Positions 37,343-41,020 of a stretch of 41,020 bases of DNA are shown here, one piece after another. The stretch comes from a virus (taxonomy: Duplodnaviria; Caudoviricetes), in IMG/VR virus record IMGVR_UViG_3300032233_001646, positions 1 through 41,020 of that record; one strand, written 5' to 3'. The notes beneath the pieces were generated by a model. That model searched no databases. It had not been told where the DNA came from and was given only the letters and a program-made list of their open reading frames with translations. The position numbers and the translations under genes were made by a program. The first letter of the stretch is position 1; every line of letters begins with the position of its first letter.

Positions 37343-37714
37343 TCAACTCGCATTATTTCGTCTTGGACGATAAGAATAAAGATTCGTAGGTGCCTCTGGT
37401 TTCATCCATTCCTTTATCTTATTATAGTTCTCTTCGGAAAAGAAACACTGATTATAATACCATTGCTCCCAAGGTGTATGCCCCTTGGATTGATTGCAAG
37501 AATGGCAACAGGCAACTACATTCGTCTTAATATCTAAACCACCCTTACACTGAGGAGTAATGTGATCTAGGGTGATATTTTCTTCTGACTCACAATAGGC
37601 ACACTTGTTTTCCCATTGTTCTTTTATATTCCTTCTCCACATTCGTTTTGCTTCTGCTTTACTTGTCGTCTCTAGATTAAACAGATAGTCCTTAAACGAG
37701 TGTAGAGGAACCAT
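37343..37714 (-). CDS. HNH endonuclease
   Basis: CAYC...TLDHITP..KGG....NVVACCHSCNQSKG. Start placed at MVPLH; 37726 is an alternative. Confidence 0.88.
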   Translation of the reverse strand: MVPLHSFKDYLFNLETTSKAEAKRMWRRNIKEQWENKCAYCESEENITLDHITPQCKGGLDIKTNVVACCHSCNQSKGHTPWEQWYYNQCFFSEENYNKIKEWMKPEAPTNLYSYRPRRNNAS

Positions 37715-37750
37715 AAGTATTTGCAACTTATGATTATTTATTTCTATTTT

Positions 37751-38314
37751 TCAGTATCTAGTATTAAAGAAAAATGTTTGGAATAACCTCCCATCATTAG
37801 GCGTATCTCCAAAATAATCTATAGCTGAATGGAAAAGATTTGCTCGGTATAAAATAAGCCTATTAAAAATATTACTTATTTTATCTACAAGTTCCCACTT
37901 AGTAATATCATAACCATCAAATCCATAATCAATTCCATTATATACCATTTCTCCAGTTTCTTTATATCGATATATTGCAGTTCCTGCATTAATAGGAGCA
38001 TCTGGAGTCAAATAACAAACACCAGCCCACATATTATTATGATCCGAATGAATCCACGTTTTATCCTTTGAAGTACACAGTTGAAAAGATCCAGTATATC
38101 CAACTGAATTGGAACCATTTAACCAGTCAGTAACTCCTCCTCCAGGATAAGCAACTAAATCATTTACTGCATTCTTAATAGTATCAGTAAGACATGGAGA
38201 AGTTCTAACTCCTGGATAATTTCCTTTTACATTAAATTCTTGAGACAATGCATAATTTCTGATGGAATATGGATCATCATAAAAATTATCAACAATAATA
38301 AGATTAACGTTCAT
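37751..38314 (-). CDS. 2OG-Fe(II) oxygenase-like protein (DUF6445-like)
   Basis: IVDNFYDDP, YPGVR, WIHSD (HxD), AGVCYLTP, FNRLILY...FHSA, RLFQTFF. Confidence 0.8.
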   Translation of the reverse strand: MNVNLIIVDNFYDDPYSIRNYALSQEFNVKGNYPGVRTSPCLTDTIKNAVNDLVAYPGGGVTDWLNGSNSVGYTGSFQLCTSKDKTWIHSDHNNMWAGVCYLTPDAPINAGTAIYRYKETGEMVYNGIDYGFDGYDITKWELVDKISNIFNRLILYRANLFHSAIDYFGDTPNDGRLFQTFFFNTRY

Positions 38315-40532
38315 TTTTTATAATTTTATCCAAAGTTAAGAATTGTCCAGTATGTTTCCACCATTCAATTGTATTTGCATGAGAATGCTTTTGAAAACTT
38401 CCTTCAGAAAAATCTGTTCCAATTGTAGATTGGAATTGAAGATCTTCAATAAACATTGGGAATCCATAAACTTTACCAAGGGCTGAAAAAATAATTGTTT
38501 CCACTACAGGAATTTTTGCCCATTCTTCCCGATGAATTACATCATCACCTTTCAAATCCAAATGGAATGCATCATCATAATGATAATTATCAATTAATTT
38601 TTTAGCAAACTTTCTAGAAATCAAATATGCTGTTGCAGACCAATCACACCAACAACGAGAACGAAGTTCTACCAAAAATCTATAGAAATCTTCTTTGATC
38701 CAAGAGAGTTGAATGCATTCCCAATCAGAAGGAAGAGAACTAAAAAATTCTTTCCAGGTAAAGTTCCAGTACTTAACAGTATCAAAACTTAGATCATCTT
38801 CACAGAAAAATGCATACTCTTCATCGGTATTATTATACCATTCCTTAATTGCCTTCAGGTGTGATGTTGTAGGTCCTCTACCTATACCAGTCCAACGATA
38901 CAGATATTCTCCATAAACAACATGATCCTCATCCTTATATCGTCGAAAGATGTGAGGAGCTGCATTAGTAATTCCATAGTTTTTGAATTTTTCATACAAA
39001 GATTTTCTTCTATCTTCCGATTCTTCAATGCTGATAAAGTGTACGGGAGGAAAATCTTCAAGTTTCTGATTGATATCTTTAAAATCTGCATTATCATTTT
39101 CAAATGCCCAGTCATATTCATGAAGTGAATTGACTTGCTTGTATCCAAGTCCAATAAACATATTATAAACTGCACTCTTATACTCACCCAAGTGCAATTG
39201 TTCAAATTCAATTCTACGAATTTTATAAGGTTTCCAATCAGTTGTTAATAGAATTTCAGCATCAAGTCCTTCAATATCCAGCAACAACCAATCCAATTCC
39301 GTGATATCATATTTTTCAAACAGTTCATGAAGAGTCAGACATGGAACTGTGAAACTTTTTATTTTATCTTCTTCATGATGAAGATGTCCATGCTTTAGAA
39401 TATGATTCAAATCAGTAGATGCAATCTGATATTCAGGAGCATCATCCAAATGATAATAAATCGTCATTTCTTTATTTGGATCCAATACTGTTTTGATCGC
39501 AACATTTTCAATAATTGCATTATCAAATTTTTGATAGCAATTTCTTATGTCTTGAAGATGTAATTGATTTGGCTCCACAAACAATGCAAACTCCAAACTA
39601 TCATAGTTTGCAATTAAATGACGAGATAGATCATCATATCCTCTATTTGTTCCGACCTGAACTACTTTGATTGGAAGAGTTTTAGAAATCAAAACTTTTT
39701 TAAGTTGACTTTTAATTTTATGAATTCTTGTTCTCCACCAATACAATAGATTATCTTGCATTTTTTGCAATGCTTCATAATCATTCAAAAGTTCTTTACA
39801 ATAATTTGATGCTGCCTCCCAGGTTTCGGCAAAAATCCAAGGTGGATTTTCTTCATATTTAAATGTACAATCAATCTCTTCCCGACTACCAACCACAACA
39901 GGAATTGCTCCAGCCATAGAAGCTTCATAAAGACGGAAACAATCTAATGTTGAGTTACCTCTTCCACAAGGAACAAAAACTGAATTGATATACGCATTCA
40001 TCATATCAGATTTTGATACCTGAGTTCCTGTGAAGTTGCGATCAATTTTAGAAAACTGCTCCAACATTTCCCAGCGATCACTTTTCATGTCGCCAATGAA
40101 TGCCCAATTATATGTTCTTTCTTCAATCGTTGGAATATACTTACCTTCTAAATCTGCATCATTACAATATCCCAAAGGAATATGAATTGTATTTTCAGTG
40201 TACTCATATCCATCATGATGATATTCTCTTAGGAATAACTCACAATGATTTCCAAGTTGATTGTATTGATTCTTATTTTCAAAATTAAACTCATCAGACA
40301 AATGAATGATAATCTTAGGATGAATTCTTTCTACAATCTCCAGTATTTTTTCAAATGTATGAAGTCGGGAATTATAAACAAAAACATCACAAGAATCAGA
40401 AATATTATCACCATTAAAATATTTAATTGTTTGCTTCTGATTTTTTGGAAGTAATGTTTTTAGAATAAAATCAGTTTCCCAAATGTCTTCTTTTTGATTG
40501 GTTAAAAAGAATACTGTAATATTATCATTCAT
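38304..40532 (-). CDS. Multidomain glyco-enzyme: exostosin/GT47-like, FkbM-like methyltransferase, GT25
   Basis: SVFVPCGRG...CFRLYEASMAGAIPVV; FVEPN, LLLDIEGLDAEIL, IEFE; ISI...EDRR, TSHLKAI, CEDD. Confidence 0.8.
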   Translation of the reverse strand: MNDNITVFFLTNQKEDIWETDFILKTLLPKNQKQTIKYFNGDNISDSCDVFVYNSRLHTFEKILEIVERIHPKIIIHLSDEFNFENKNQYNQLGNHCELFLREYHHDGYEYTENTIHIPLGYCNDADLEGKYIPTIEERTYNWAFIGDMKSDRWEMLEQFSKIDRNFTGTQVSKSDMMNAYINSVFVPCGRGNSTLDCFRLYEASMAGAIPVVVGSREEIDCTFKYEENPPWIFAETWEAASNYCKELLNDYEALQKMQDNLLYWWRTRIHKIKSQLKKVLISKTLPIKVVQVGTNRGYDDLSRHLIANYDSLEFALFVEPNQLHLQDIRNCYQKFDNAIIENVAIKTVLDPNKEMTIYYHLDDAPEYQIASTDLNHILKHGHLHHEEDKIKSFTVPCLTLHELFEKYDITELDWLLLDIEGLDAEILLTTDWKPYKIRRIEFEQLHLGEYKSAVYNMFIGLGYKQVNSLHEYDWAFENDNADFKDINQKLEDFPPVHFISIEESEDRRKSLYEKFKNYGITNAAPHIFRRYKDEDHVVYGEYLYRWTGIGRGPTTSHLKAIKEWYNNTDEEYAFFCEDDLSFDTVKYWNFTWKEFFSSLPSDWECIQLSWIKEDFYRFLVELRSRCWCDWSATAYLISRKFAKKLIDNYHYDDAFHLDLKGDDVIHREEWAKIPVVETIIFSALGKVYGFPMFIEDLQFQSTIGTDFSEGSFQKHSHANTIEWWKHTGQFLTLDKIIKNER

Positions 40533-40550
40533 AATAGTTTATTTTGTGGT

Positions 40551-40868
40551 TTATACTTTGAAAGGAATATCTTCACTCTGTGGAAGTTTGATTTGCGGCA
40601 ATGATCCAGGTCCATTAGCACCAGTTGAAATTGGAATTTCCGAAGAACTACCAATACCACCTTGCACTATCTCAGTAGTAGGAAGTGCTTTCGGCATTTC
40701 TATATCTATTACCTGTCCCATCAGAAACTTATTCCTTGTGATCGTTCGATTCTGTGGATCAAAGTCGAGCATCATCATCGCATCTGACCACTCGGCACAA
40801 TCTACAATTTTTCTACCAGTGTTTTTATCAATCACCGAAAAATATTCTTCGGTATTATACTTGTTCAT
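40551..40868 (-). CDS. Hypothetical protein
   Basis: 105-aa ORF directly after a sigma70 promoter. Confidence 0.7.
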   Translation of the reverse strand: MNKYNTEEYFSVIDKNTGRKIVDCAEWSDAMMMLDFDPQNRTITRNKFLMGQVIDIEMPKALPTTEIVQGGIGSSSEIPISTGANGPGSLPQIKLPQSEDIPFKV

Positions 40869-40977
40869 TTTTTGAAGTCTTTTGATTATTATAAGGCATT
40901 TTCATCGGTCTGTAAAGGTTGGGCCAAGTATCTCTGATGATGTCTGCGAGTTTATATGGAGTGTGTGAGGAAATCAT
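40855..40977 (-). CDS. Small hypothetical protein (40 aa, not in ORF track)
   Basis: MISSHTPYKLADIIRDTWPNLYRPMKMPYNNQKTSKNEQV; ATGA overlap with the upstream stop; resembles small cyanophage ORFs. Confidence 0.55.
   Translation of the reverse strand: MISSHTPYKLADIIRDTWPNLYRPMKMPYNNQKTSKNEQV
40888..40916 (-). promoter_or_regulatory. Sigma70-type promoter
   Basis: TTTACA-17 nt-TATAAT. Confidence 0.7.
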
Positions 40978-41018
40978 AGTAGGGACATTAGAAAGAGGAA
41001 CACTCCGAATAACTGGAA
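40974..41018 (-). CDS. C-terminal end of a small hydrophobic protein (partial)
   Basis: ...FQLFGVFLFLMSLL* running in from the window edge. Confidence 0.4.
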   Translation of the reverse strand, partial: FQLFGVFLFLMSLL

Positions 41019-41020
41019 GA

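Overview
A 41-kb segment of a T4-like cyanomyovirus genome (Kyanoviridae-like; a freshwater Synechococcus/Cyanobium-type host is plausible but not shown), with most genes on the minus strand. Left arm (1-16952): a giant Gly-X-Gln collagen-like fibre gene missed by the ORF track, a second collagen/beta-helix fibre, a split gp5, a hub protein, two tape-measure-like proteins, gp51/gp26 and a tail-tube-like gene. Next come plus-strand gp4, gp2-like, gp48 and gp53, then the T4 core cluster (gp32, gp59, gp33, exonuclease, phoH, thyX, glutaredoxin). The right arm is an accessory island of mosaic glycosyltransferases, a GH130-like beta-propeller, three glycine-rich paralogs, a third collagen fibre, an HNH nuclease and a 2OG-Fe(II) oxygenase. 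Highlights: (1) an NtcA box, late promoter, class I glutamine riboswitch and 26-aa basic peptide that together mimic the host gifB module; (2) a stand-alone three-hairpin sRNA of about 100 nt; (3) a -1 slippery site that would fuse gp26 to gp51, as in lambda G/GT; (4) a possible collagen-fibre glycosylation system. All calls come from reading motifs by eye; no database searches were run.
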